From contig OZ024763.1 in NCBI GenBank assembly GCA_964016885.1, positions 15,624,001 to 15,688,000 on the forward strand: a stretch of DNA of 64,000 bases. Direction: 5' to 3'. Under the pieces are notes generated by a model. The model saw only the letters and a list, made by a program, of their open reading frames with translations. It was not told the origin of the DNA and searched no databases. The stretch is from Eledone cirrhosa (taxonomy: Eukaryota). How positions within the stretch are numbered: position 1 is the stretch's first letter; each line of letters starts with the position of its first letter. Position numbers and translations under genes: made by a program. Of this stretch, positions 13,611 to 25,730 are shown piece after piece.

Positions 13611-13944
13611 CCATGGTCTCAGGCTGTGACTGAAGCATATAAATAGTATGCACCACCCCACACCACCCACTCCCATAAGAACAGCAGGCTGAAGCATACA
13701 TCCGGTGAAGCCTCCAGCCCACACATTAAAGTGGTCGTGACACGGCAACAAAGCGCCCAGTCCACACTGTAAATGAGGTTGATGTTAGGAAGGGCATCCA
13801 GCTGTAGAAACGGTTCTGTCTGAGCAAGACATGGTCACCTGACCTGGCATTTCCCAAAACAGGATAACTTGTCTAACCCATGCCAGTGTGGAAAAATGGA
13901 CGTTAAACGGTAATGATGATGATGGATATATATGTATATGGTAG

Positions 13945-14471
13945 TTTAGGGAGCTGCTTCCTCTGTTGACAAAGAAGGGTTTTTCCCTACGAATGAAAGG
14001 CCGGTTATATGATGCCTGTGTGAGATATGCAATGCTGCATGGTAGTGAGACATGAGCAACAACTGCAGAAGATATGCGACGGCTGGAGAGACATGAAGCA
14101 AGCATGTTCCATTGGATGTGCAGTGTAAATGTGCGTGAACGACCAAGCATGGATAAGTTGAGAGAGAAACTGGGTATAAGAGGGATAAGTTGTGGTGTGC
14201 AGGAGAGAAGACTGAGATGGTATGGACATGTGATGCGCATGGAGGATGACAGCTGGGTAAAGAAGTGCCAAGAAATCCCAGTAGAAGGAAGATGCAGTAG
14301 AGGAAGACCACGATAAACATGGGCGGAGGTGGTGAGAGCTGACCTCAGATCGCTGAAACTCACGAAGGAGATAACAAAGGACCGTGACGAGTGGAGAGAT
14401 GCTGTGCTAAAGAGGACCCATCGCACCCTTGCAAGTAAGGAAAAGCGGACGTAAAATGATGATGATGATGA

Positions 14472-14475
<4 letters not shown>
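13945..14475 (+). mobile_element. RTE LINE 3' end with (gat)n tail
   Basis: RRLERHEASMFHWMC..ERRLRWYGHVMRM..RGRPR followed by a gatgat tail. Confidence 0.88.
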
Positions 14476-14531
<56 letters not shown>

Positions 14532-14657
14532 AGAATCAATGATGTTGGTTGCAACTTTAACTCCTTGTTTTTTTTTTATTTTCTCCTTTGCTAGAATTCA
14601 CTGTAACAACCCTATCAGTTTTCTGGCATAGTGTATCTAGGATTACATTATTTAATG

Positions 14658-14845
14658 AGTGGATTGGCAGTATCGGTAGAGGGTCGGATGCCATGCTTTG
14701 CAGCAAAGAGTTACGGCCCTTTATAATCTGAGTTCAAATCCCGCCGAGGTTAACTTTGCGTTTCATCCTTACGGGGTCGATAAAATAAAGTACCAGTAAT
14801 ACACTGGGATAATTGCTGGCCTTGTGCCAAAAGTAGAAACAATTA
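14658..14845 (+). mobile_element. tRNA-derived SINE family A (other copies 18102-18290, 19050-19232, 39918-40095, 42020-42185 on +; 19970-20075, 32305-32460, 40535-40680, 54500-54615 on -)
   Basis: Shared tggcagtatcggtag...gagttcaaatcc (B box)...tttcatccttacggggtcgataaaataaagtacc...gtgccaaaagtagaaacaatta. Confidence 0.85.
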
Positions 14846-14904
14846 TTTAATGAGTCCTTTGTCTTTAATTATCATTTTTCTCCCCTCTCTTTTACCCTCT
14901 GTAG

Positions 14905-15094
14905 CTTTGCTGGGATCCACTGTGAAATTATCATCGGATATTCGAAAGGGGCCGGATACAAACCTGGGATGAGGATTGATGGGAATGCATTCCGAAACTC
15001 TTGGACTGCCGTTGCCATTGATGGTTCATGGAGATTCATAAACTGCACCTGGGCTGCCAGACATATCTCTGGACACAAAGATGAACTCCCTCAG
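14905..15094 (+). CDS. hillarin/KY-like gene, exon f (FAGIHCEIIIGYSKGAGYKPG...RNSWTAVAIDGSWRFINCTWAARH)
   Basis: ctctgtag acceptor, CAG|gtaatg donor, 190 nt phase 2-0; hallmark hillarin/KY transglutaminase-like motifs. Confidence 0.95.
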
Positions 15095-15121
15095 GTAATG
15101 ATCATTGTTTTACAATTCACT

Positions 15122-15722
15122 TTACTGTTCCACTGGCCATGCTGGGGCATTGCTTTCTTTTGTTGTTCCACTGGCCATGCTGGGGCATTGCTTTCTTTTA
15201 CTGTTCCACTGGCCATGCTGGGGCACCACTTTCTTTTGTTGTTCCACTGGCCATGCTGGGGCATTGCTTTCTTTTGTTGTTCCACTGGCCATGCTAGGGT
15301 ACCACTTTCTTTTGTTGTTCCACTGGCCATGCTGGGGTACCACTTTCTTTTGTTGTTCCACTGGCCATGCTGGGGCACCACTTTCTTTTGTTGTTCCACT
15401 GGCCATGCTGGGGTACCACTTTCTTTTGTTGTTCCACTGGCCATGCTGGGGCACCACTTTCTTTTGTTGTTCCACTGGCCATGCTAGGGTACCACTTTCT
15501 TTTGTTGTTCCACTGGCCATGCTGGGGTACCACTTTCTTTTGTTGTTCTACTGGCCATGCTGGGGCACTACTTTCTTTTGTTATTCCACTGGCCATGCTG
15601 GGGCACTACTTTCTTTTACTGTATCACTGACCATGCTGGGGCATCACATTTTTTTAAAATTTTTCACTGGCCATGCTGGGACACCAAATTCTTTTGCTGT
15701 TTCACTGGCCATGCTGGGGCAC
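15122..15722. repeat. 38-bp minisatellite, about 16 copies
   Basis: Unit tccactggccatgctggggcaccactttcttttgttgt; the core ggccatgctggggca is shared with the array at 34025-34320. Confidence 0.92.
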
Positions 15723-15879
15723 CACATAGACTGTGACGGAGCCAGATTAAGTCCTTTCGAGGCTCTAATCACTTAAAATATTATGGTGCAACCCCTCCTC
15801 ACCACCACCATCACTACCACCACCACCTCCCTCCTCTAGGTATGTGAAGGGATCATGTTTTCTTTGTCATTGATAAAGT

Positions 15880-16172
15880 TGACTTACCTGAGAATTAGAT
15901 TTACCAGAGTATTATTTAGTTGAAAATTATTTACAATTGATTTACCTCAGAATTACATTTACCTGAGAAATATTTACAGTTGATTTACTTGAGAATTGTA
16001 TTTACCTGAGAATTGTATTTACCTGAGAAATAGATTTACCTGAAAAATTTTTACGAGAGAATTATATTTACCTCAGAAATAGATTTACCTGGGGAATATT
16101 TACTATTGACTTAACTGGGAAATATTTACTGTTGACTTACCTGAGAAATATATTTACCTGACTTACCTGTGA
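15880..16172. repeat. Degenerate short-period repeat built on ttacctgag
   Basis: 5 exact ttacctgag plus about 9 variants immediately upstream of the last acceptor. Confidence 0.8.
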
Positions 16173-16199
16173 TATTTGTTGTTTTCAACTCTTTTCCAG

Positions 16200-17363
16200 G
16201 TGTTTCATACGTATGACGAATTTTATTTCCTCACCGACCCTGAAGATTATATTTATCAGCATTATCCAGATGAATCCAATTGGCAATTATTGGATATTCC
16301 CCTTCCATTCTCGGAATTCATCAACTTACCTGTTGTCAAATCTCCATTCTTTAACTACGGACTCCGTTTCTACTCCAACTATGGTGCCACCATTTCAACA
16401 GATTCTGGCCTCATTGAGATTCGTCTTGTCACGCCAAAGATCCTCGGATTCGGTTCGTTACTGGAACCCTTCGATAAAGCATCAGACAAGAAAGATCTGG
16501 AAGGGAGATCACTGCTGCGACTCGTTAAGAATGAAGCTATTTTCACAGTGAGCCTTCCACATCCAGGAATTTACCATTTCTCAATCTACACAGGAGACTA
16601 CTGGCACTCGGAATGTCTGGAGAGTGCCTGTTCCTTTCTAATCAACTGTAAAAGACTTCTGGGACCACCAGCACCTCCTTATCCACCTGTTCCTTTCTTT
16701 GGTGCAACTCCAGCCCTTGAATCTTTGAAAATCCACATGGAATCTCATCCAGATCCATTGATTGTTTCCAACAACGAAACCATGGAGATTGTTTTCCACA
16801 TGGACCCTAACATTAAGGTGACCCATTCTTTCCAATATTTCGATACAAACGACGGCTCCATTGCTGATATTGATCGTTACGTTTTCCTACGGTCCCGAAC
16901 TGAGAAAGAGACAACCTACATGATAAGATGCCCCAATGAAGGGTTCTACATCTTTTCCTTGTATGCAGCCAACAACAAGAGCGACTCGCAGACGTTGGAC
17001 TGCGTCCACAGATACCTTGTAGTGTCACAGGAACCAAACCCGTCCGTAAATGTATTCCCCAAGACATTCCACCGTTGGCAGAAGTGTACCCTCTACGAAC
17101 CCCTCTCTGGTGACTTGCTCACAGGGCGCCGCTATATCTTTCGTCTGGAGGTGCCACGGGCCATAGAAGTGTTTGTTGTTAATGGAGAAACCTGGAACCA
17201 TTTGAAAAGACGTAATGGCTACACTTGGGAGGGGAGTATCCTGATGCCAAACACGGCAGGCGTGACCAAAGTTTACGCTAGGTTTCCTTTAGAACGAGAC
17301 TCGTCCACCTTTGCTCATTTGTTGGATTACGAACTCATCGAAGATGCAGAGACAGAAATTTGA
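16200..17363 (+). CDS. hillarin/KY-like gene, terminal exon g (VFHTYDEFYFLTDPEDYIYQHYP...DAETEI*)
   Basis: cttttccag acceptor, 1164 nt open to TGA; YDEFYFLTDP..I.QH.P...WQLL..P...EF..LP..KS.FF motif followed by KY-type beta-rich C-terminal repeats. Confidence 0.95.
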   Translation: MFHTYDEFYFLTDPEDYIYQHYPDESNWQLLDIPLPFSEFINLPVVKSPFFNYGLRFYSNYGATISTDSGLIEIRLVTPKILGFGSLLEPFDKASDKKDLEGRSLLRLVKNEAIFTVSLPHPGIYHFSIYTGDYWHSECLESACSFLINCKRLLGPPAPPYPPVPFFGATPALESLKIHMESHPDPLIVSNNETMEIVFHMDPNIKVTHSFQYFDTNDGSIADIDRYVFLRSRTEKETTYMIRCPNEGFYIFSLYAANNKSDSQTLDCVHRYLVVSQEPNPSVNVFPKTFHRWQKCTLYEPLSGDLLTGRRYIFRLEVPRAIEVFVVNGETWNHLKRRNGYTWEGSILMPNTAGVTKVYARFPLERDSSTFAHLLDYELIEDAETEI

Positions 17364-17717
17364 TTGCCAAATATATTAAATAACAACAAGAACCATTTTT
17401 CAGGTCATTTTGACCCTGCTGAAGCAAGGGCCAGCCTTATGGGACCCATGTTAGGCTTTCTAGTCACCAAGGGACCCCATATTTGAAGCAAATGTTTTAC
17501 AGTTAAATACGTAAACACCAAAACAACATATGCCCATTTCTACTTAATAATACCCACTGATTTCACACATGTTGTTGTTGGTGTCACATGATGATGTCAC
17601 GTGATGGTATCACATGACCAAGTGTGCCTTCTTTCTCCATACTTTATATCTCACTTCACAGACACTAATTCAAAGACAACCAAAACAACTTGCTATCCAA
17701 TATATATACATATATAT

Positions 17718-17749
<32 letters not shown>

Positions 17750-18042
17750 GCATTCACATGTGAATGTGTATATATCTGTATGACACGGTTACGCGACCAA
17801 TCTTGCCTCAAGGGGGACAATTCCCGTCTAACCCATGCTAGCGTGGAAGATAGACGTTAAATGATGATGAGGAGTTGGCCTTTGAGATGTAAACATCCTT
17901 TAAAAATTTCGTTTTTAGAGTTTACCACCATGTACAATATGGAGAGGTGATCATAATTGTACCTTGAAAGCTTACGTAGCACTTTTGTTCCATGTATGAA
18001 CATAAATAAGTAATATAATATATATATATATATATATATACA

Positions 18043-18469
18043 ATATTAAATAAATGGAAACTATATTTATAAAACCATATTTATTTCATTATATATATTA
18101 AGGGCGGTGGATTGGCAGTATCGGTAGAGGGTCGGACGCCATGCTTTCCAGCATAGTTACGTCCCTTTACGATCTGAGTTCAAATCCTGCCGAGGTTGAC
18201 TTTGCCTTTCATCCTTACGGGGTCGATAAAATAAAGTACCAGTAATGCACTGGGTAATTGCTGGCCTTGTGCCAAAAGTAGAAACAATTATATATATTTC
18301 AGGGATATCATATTAACAATATGCTATGCCTTCCTCAGACAAAATACAATATAAACAGTTTTATAGATAAATAGATTTGACATACCGTAACAACATCGAC
18401 TTGTATTTGAAAAGTTGAATAATGAAATAAATATGGTTTTATAAATATAGTTTCCATTTATTTAATATC
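18043..18469. repeat. Fold-back Penelope-type fragment whose hammerhead motif is split by a SINE
   Basis: Arms at 18043-18090 and 18421-18469; minus-strand CTGAGGA-AGG..CCT-GAAA-TATATA at 18291-18340. Confidence 0.65.
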
Positions 18470-18650
18470 GTAAATATACTCCGAATACTTGTCGAGTGCT
18501 TTTATATCAGTTATAAATATTTACTAGTTGTAACCCAACAATTTAAATATAACTTTCCATATATATATATATATATATTTATTAAAATAACAGATTAAAG
18601 TTTAAGCAAAGAATCGCTGCTTTCACCCTTAACGGGATCTTCTGAAACTA

Positions 18651-18690
<40 letters not shown>

Positions 18691-18730
18691 TTCAAAATAT
18701 TAATAAATATAGACATTCATGTAATCAAAT

Positions 18731-18800
18731 ATATTTTATTATATATATATTTCAGAGGTACTGTGCTGTTTCCTCAGTATGTCCTCATCAGATAAAATAT
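18731..18800 (-). ncRNA. Type I hammerhead ribozyme-like motif
   Basis: ATATTTTAT-CTGATGA-GGA..TACTG..CAGTA..TCT-GAAA-TATATATA-TA-ATAAAATAT; 9-bp stem I, palindromic stem III. Confidence 0.65.
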
Positions 18801-18919
18801 ATAAATTGATGTATGACATGCCTCAACTGTGCTGATGGCTCAATTCCAGTCTTGGCAGGCTGTAATCTATTGTAAAACTATATTCATTGATTAATCAATG
18901 AACCTTGTTTAACTTTTGG

Positions 18920-19040
<121 letters not shown>

Positions 19041-19528
19041 TATCAACATCATTTGGCAGTATCGGTAGAGGGTCGGACGCCATGCTTTGACGCATAGAGT
19101 TACGGCCCTTGCCATTCTGAGTTCAAATCCCGCCGAGGTTAACTTTGCCTTTCGTCCTTACGGGGTCGATAAAATAAAGTACCAGTAATGTACTGGGTAA
19201 TTGCTGGCCTTGTGCCAATAGTAGAAACAATCATTACGATCACAGTTGAATATTTTGTTTCACAGTTGCTAATATCTGAACAGGGGGCACAACTCCTCCT
19301 GTATATAAATATGTATATAAATAACTAAACCATTTTTTTTTTTTAGTTTTCTTAACTTGATCAAAAACTTCAACCAATCCCATCCGAACTGATTCAAATT
19401 TACAAGAAAAACAAAGAAACACAGGAACAGTCAACCCAACCACAATATCTAAGCTATATGTGAAGATACCATACATACATATACATCCAAACTGTGCCAG
19501 CTTGGACTAATGGACATGAAATTAATGG

Positions 19529-19566
<38 letters not shown>

Positions 19567-19939
19567 CATTTTCATTTTTCATTTCATTTCATTTTACGTC
19601 CACTTTTCCCTGCTTGCAAAGGTGGGACGGGAACTGATTCTGGCTTGATTTCTACAGATGGATGCCCTTCCTAACACCAACCTCATTTACACTGATGAAA
19701 GGTATAGAAAACATTGTAGGAAAAAGCCAACAGTATTCCATAATATATAAGTGACTATAGCGTCAAAATATATACATATAATGTTTATATATATTTATAT
19801 ATTTATGTATATGAATACGTATATATATATATATGTATGTATATTTACACTCACACATACATATATATATAATGTTTATATATATTTATATATTTATGTA
19901 TATGAATATGTATATATATATATATATGTATGTATATTT

Positions 19940-19970
<31 letters not shown>

Positions 19971-20232
19971 ATTGTTTCTACTTTTGGCACAAGGCCAGCA
20001 ATTACCCAGTGCATTACTGGTACTTTATTTTATCGACCCCGTAAGGATGAAAGGCAAAGTTAACCTCGGCGGGATTATATATATAATGTTTATATATATG
20101 TATATGAATATATATATATATGTGTGTATGTATGTATATTTACACACACACACATATATATATATTTAATGATTATATATATTTATATATATGTATATGA
20201 ATACGTATATATACATATATGTATGTATATTT

Positions 20233-20277
<45 letters not shown>

Positions 20278-20437
20278 TTTATTTAATTATGTAATAAACA
20301 TCACAATATAATTATTCCATTACTCAAGGTTTCACGAATTAGGCGATTCTAACAGAAACGTCTGATATCGTTCATATATGTATAAAGAATATGGCAATGT
20401 TCTGGAATCTTATATCATTTTATTAATTATATCATTG

Positions 20438-20494
20438 CTGTTATGCGCATTTCAGTAGTATCAATTATGTAATTGATATGACCTCCTCAGATAG
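20438..20494 (-). ncRNA. Type I hammerhead ribozyme-like motif
   Basis: CTAT-CTGAGGA-GGT-(atatcaatt..aattgata)-ACT-GAAA-TGCGCA-TA-ACAG; palindromic stem III ATGCGCAT, one stem I mismatch. Confidence 0.65.
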
Positions 20495-20538
20495 TCATTG
20501 TGAGATTTTTTGGTGAGGTCACAATCTACCCAGTTAAA

Positions 20539-20574
<36 letters not shown>

Positions 20575-20739
20575 GATGAAATTGTAAGAACTGTAATGTA
20601 TTTCATGTTAATCTGTCAATACAATAATTACATTGTCTCCATAGATTAGGCTTCTGGCTAGGATGTTGTATTACAATTACTCCATTGCATGTGCTGTTGT
20701 TGAGTAAATTGTAATAAAACAAGATCAAAATCACAGGAT

Positions 20740-21128
20740 ATTTATTTATATATATATGTTTATTTATATATATATATATTTATATATATATATTTATATA
20801 TATATTTATATTTATATTTATATATATATATATATCTATTTATATATATATATATATTTATATATATTTATATTTATATATAAATATATTTATATATAAA
20901 TATATTTATATATATTTATATTTATATATAAATATATTTATATATATATACAAAATATATATATATATACAAAATTTATATATATACTCCAAATATTTGT
21001 CGAGTGCTTTTATATCAGTTATAAATATTTACTAGTTGTATCCCAACAATTTTAAATATAACTTTCCATTTATATATATATATATATTTATATATATTTA
21101 TATTTATATATATATATATTTATATATA

Positions 21129-21176
<48 letters not shown>

Positions 21177-21180
21177 AAAT
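20740..21180. repeat. (TA)n/(TTTATA)n compound microsatellite, representative of many in the window (e.g. 18921-19040, 21640-22195)
   Basis: Directly visible. Confidence 0.95.
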
Positions 21181-21183
21181 ATA

Positions 21184-21312
21184 AAAAAAATAATGAATAA
21201 AACAATGAAACAGTTCCTTATATTAAACAAAAACAGTTTAACGATCGTTAAATAATGAACTTTTTTTGTTTAATATAAGGAACTGTTTCATTGTTTTATT
21301 CATTATTTTTTT
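21184..21312. repeat. Palindrome with about 50-bp arms
   Basis: aataatgaataaaacaatgaaacagttccttatattaaacaaaa / tttgtttaatataaggaactgtttcattgttttattcattatt, centre ttaacgatcgttaa. Confidence 0.85.
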
Positions 21313-21774
21313 AATAATTTATCTTGACTCTGTTTTCCGTTTATTTTTCACCGAAAGTAGTTTTTGAATGCATCTTCTCTTTTCATGATATCCGGATTAC
21401 ATTGAGTTCTTCATACGGATTGGACACTACCGTAAACTCTTGGTAGATTTATCTACATATATATTTATATATGGAGATGCAAAATGGTAATAATTAAGTG
21501 TTTCTGAGGAATAACAGCAGAGTGGATATGCTTTTTCGATGTTGATTTGTCTAACAATAAATATTTCCCTCTGGAACGATTGTAAAACAAAGGATTAATG
21601 AACTGCTGCACCTTTTTTGGTTATTCTTTCATTATTTGATATTATGTGTGTATGTGTGTGTGTATATGTATGTATGTATATATAAGTATGTATGTATATG
21701 TATATATAAGTATGTATGTATATATATATATATGTATGTATGTATATATATATATATATATGTAAGTATGTATG

Positions 21775-21832
<58 letters not shown>

Positions 21833-22196
21833 TGTATGTATATATATATATATATATATGTTTGTATGTATATATATATATGTAAGTATGTATGCATATG
21901 TATGTTTGTATATATGTAAGTATGTATGCATATGTATGTTTGTATATATATATGTATGTATATATAAGTATGTATGTGTATGTATGTATATATATATGTA
22001 AGTATGTATATATATATGTAAGTATGTATGTATATGTATGTATATATATATATATGAAAGTATGTATGTATATGTATATGTATGTATATATATATATAAG
22101 TATGTATGTATATGTATATGTATGTATATATATATATAAGTATGTGTATGTATATGTATGTATGTATGTATGCATGTATATATATATGTATATATA

Positions 22197-22445
22197 TGTC
22201 AGGTCGCACTTCAGCGCTACTGGTAACATGTAACCCAGTACAACCTGTGCATGGTCAGCTCGTCGGCAACTAACCTAGCAACCCCACCAAGTTTCCTTGG
22301 TATGGGGGGGGGGGATTTTGGACACCCTGCGGGATGAAAAGTAAAACCTGTCAGAGAGCGGAGGAACTCAGTTGAGTCAACAGCTTTTTTTTTTGTGTGG
22401 AATGAGAGACTCCTAGTCTTCATTAAGACTTCTCTCTAGGAGAAG
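22197..22445 (+). mobile_element. Probable RTE-like LINE 5' region (homolog at 47880-48098 on -)
   Basis: gtcaggtc..ctactggtaacatgta.cccagta..gcaaccccaccaag..ggacacc/ggacatc is shared by both loci; RTE assignment inferred from the ctaggagaagg..actctgat motif. Confidence 0.5.
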
Positions 22446-23945
22446 GTCACTCTGATATAAAACCTGTGACGTCTGAGGAGTGAGAGACTCCTAGTCTTCA
22501 TTAAGACTTCTCTCTAGGAGAAGGTCACTCTGTAATAAAACCTGTGACATCTGAGGAGTGAGAGACCCCTAGTCTTCATTAAGACATCTCTCTAGGAGAA
22601 GGTCACTCTGATATAAAACCTGTGACATCTGAGGAGTGAGAGACCCCTAGTCTTCATTAAGACATCTCTCTAGGAGAAGGTCACTCTGATATAAAACCTG
22701 TGACATCTGAGGAGTGAGAGACCCCTAGTCTTCATTAAGACATCTCTCTAGGAGAAGGTCACTCTGATATAAAACCTGTGACATCTGAGGAGTGAGAGAC
22801 TCCTAGTCTTCATTAAGACATCTCTCTAGGAGAAGGTCACTCTGATATAAAACCTGTGACATCTGAGGAGTGAGAGACTCCTAGTCTTCATTAAGACATC
22901 TCTCTAGGAGAAGGTCACTCTGTAATAAAACCTGTGACATCTGAGGAGTGAGAGACCCCTAGTCTTCATTAAGACATCTCTCTAGGAGAAGGTCACTCTG
23001 ATATAAAACCTGTGACATCTGAGGAGTGAGAGACCCCTAGTCTTCATTAAGACATCTCTCTAGTAGAGGGTCACTCTGATATAAAACCTGTGACATCTGA
23101 GGAGTGAGAGACCCCTAGTCTTCATTAAGACATCTCTCTAGGAGAAGGTCACTCTGATATAAAACCTGTGACATCTGAGGAGTGAGAGACTCCTAGTTTT
23201 CATTAAGACATCTCTCTAGGAGAAGGTCACTCTGATATAAAACCTGTGACATCTGAGGAGTGAGAGACCCCTAGTCTTCATTAAGACATCTCTCTAGGAG
23301 AAGGTCACTCTGTAATAAAACCTGTGACATCTGAGGAGTGAGAGACTCCTAGTCTTCATTAAGACATCTCTCTAGGAGAAGGTCACTCTGTAATAAAACC
23401 TGTGACATCTGAGGAGTGAGAGACCCCTAGTCTTCATTAAGACATCTCTCTAGGAGAAGGTCACTCTGATATAAAACCTGTGACATCTGAGGAGTGAGAG
23501 ACCCCTAGTCTTCATTAAGACATCTCTCTAGTAGAGGGTCACTCTGATATAAAACCTGTGACATCTGAGGAGTGAGAGACCCCTAGTCTTCATTAAGACA
23601 TCTCTCTAGGAGAAGGTCACTCTGATATAAAACCTGTGACATCTGAGGAGTGAGAGACTCCTAGTTTTCATTAAGACATCTCTCTAGGAGAAGGTCACTC
23701 TGATATAAAACCTGTGACATCTGAGGAGTGAGAGACTCCTAGTTTTCATTAAGACTTCTCTCTAGGAGAAGGTCACTCTGATATAAAACCTGTGACATCT
23801 GAGGAGTGAGAGACTCCTAGTTTTCATTAAGACTTCTCTCTAGGAGAAGGTCACTCTGATATAAAACCTGTGACATCTGAGGAGTGAGAGACCCCTAGTC
23901 TTCATTAAGACTTCTCTCTAGGAGAAGGTCACTCTGATATAAAAC
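22402..23945. repeat. 78/79-bp satellite, about 20 copies
   Basis: Unit gagagactcctagtcttcattaagacatctctctaggagaaggtcactctgatataaaacctgtgacatctgaggagt. Confidence 0.95.
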
Positions 23946-24233
23946 GACTTTGTTTGCATCCAATGATGTAAACCAGATCTTCTTTGGGGGACAAGTTCAT
24001 TCGATATTCAGAGAGGGATGGCCCCATACAAAGCCTCTCTTCACTTAAAAAAGCTTCAAGCACAGGCATCGCTTGATATGTGACATTTTTTGCGATGTAT
24101 GGCATGGCTGGCAATAGGCAAGCCCCTAGCAGGACTAAAAAGCCATGTCCGTGATACTTATGCTTAAGTATCAAGCGATGGCATTACTTGAAATAGAGTT
24201 GCAGCCATTATATGTATATGTGTGTGTATATAT

Positions 24234-24580
24234 GGAGGCACATGGCTTAGTGGTTAGAGCATTGGCCTGGCAATCGAAAGGTTGTGAGTTCAATTCTCAG
24301 ACCAGGTGATGTGTTGTTTCCTTGAGGAAGACACTTTATTTCACATTGCTCCAGTTTACTCAGCTGTAGAAATGAGATGATAGGGACTGGGGTCCCTACC
24401 ATTCCACTGCAAAGTGGTCGTGGAGGTGCCACGGCAAACAAGCACCCAGCACTCACTGTAAATGAGGTTGGTGTTAGGAAGGGCATCCAGCTGTAGAAAT
24501 CTAGCCAGAATCAGTTCCTGTCCCACCCTTGCAAGCAGGGAGAAAGCGGACTTAAAACGAAATGATGATGATGATGATAT
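24234..24580 (+). mobile_element. Full-length tRNA-derived SINE family B with RTE-type 3' tail (inverse copy at 60750-61081)
   Basis: A box tggcttagtgg, B box gagttcaattc, body, ggaagggcatccagctgtagaaa, (gat)n tail. Confidence 0.85.
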
Positions 24581-25304
24581 CTGTGTGTATGTTGATAACA
24601 CAACCAAAGAATAATTCAAAGCTCTAATATGATTTTATCGTCCACAGCAAGATAGGCAAAAGTTCAGAGTTTAATCCAATCAGTTAATTTCCAATCACAG
24701 TAGTTTTACACCATCACAGAACATATAAAAGAATAAAATAACCAGGATTAACCCTTTACCATTTACATTACTCTATATATACTATTGTATTTTCATGGTA
24801 AAGCCTTTACTTCACATAAATATCTCACATGAAGACAGGAAAGACCCATATCTTCTGCTATCTAGGCTACATCATCATCATCATCGTTTAACGTCTATCT
24901 TCCACGCTAGCATGGGTTTAGACGGGAATTGTCCCACGTGAGGCAAGATTGGTTGTCTAGCTCGTATAGGACTGTATGGCGGGTTTTCTACAGCTGGATG
25001 CCCTTCCTAACACCAACCACATTTACAGTGTGGACTGGGAGGTTTTTAACGTGTTACCTACACGGTCACATTACAGCTTGGACTGTGTTTTTTTGTCGTG
25101 ACACCTACACGATCTCATTTATTTAGGACTGGATGTTGTGGCACGAACATAACTTTAGGTGTGGATGGGGGTGGAGGTGTATTTTTGGTTAGGAAGTGCC
25201 TCCTGACTGTAGGTTACGCTTTGTACTTAGGCAAGGCGGGTCTTCTGTATTACTGTGTAGTGCCAGTATTTAGCAATAGCTAGAATAAGGATAGGATGGA
25301 AACA

Positions 25305-25730
25305 GTTCACAGAGCTACTCCCACTATTGCCCACAAAAGGTTTCTCTCTAGGTACAGAAAGACAACTGTATGACGTCTGTGTGCAAAGTGCAGTGCTGCA
25401 TGTAGTGAAACCTGGGCTGTGGAAGACGTGTATAGACAGGAGAGAAATGAAGCAACCATGCTCTGTTGGATGTGCAATGTAAGTGTAAGAGAGAGGCAGA
25501 ACTTGGATAAGTTGAAGGAAAAGCTGGGTTTAAGAGGAATTCGAGGTAGCGTGCAGGCAAGAAAACTGCGTTGGTTTGGATATGTGATGCACATGGACAA
25601 TGATCATGGGGTGAAGTGCCAGGAGATCCCATTGGAAGGAAGCTGCAGTAGACGTAGACCTGGGCAGAGGTTGGGAAAGTTGGCGTCAGATCGCTGAAAC
25701 TCAGAGAGGATGACAAAGAGTGGAGCAACA
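25305..25730 (+). mobile_element. RTE LINE 3' fragment
   Basis: ERNEATMLCWMC..RKLRWFGYVMHM. Confidence 0.8.

Noticed and set aside
15091-15776. Cys/Trp-rich ORFs extending from exon f
   Set aside because: Translations of the 38-bp intronic repeat downstream of a good donor at 15094
21595-22233. Long YI/HT-rich ORFs here and elsewhere
   Set aside because: Translations of (TA)n, (TATG)n and (CA)n microsatellites
22460-22500. CTGAGGAG in the 78-bp satellite as a retrozyme-type hammerhead
   Set aside because: No GAAA follows the putative stem II, so the catalytic core is incomplete
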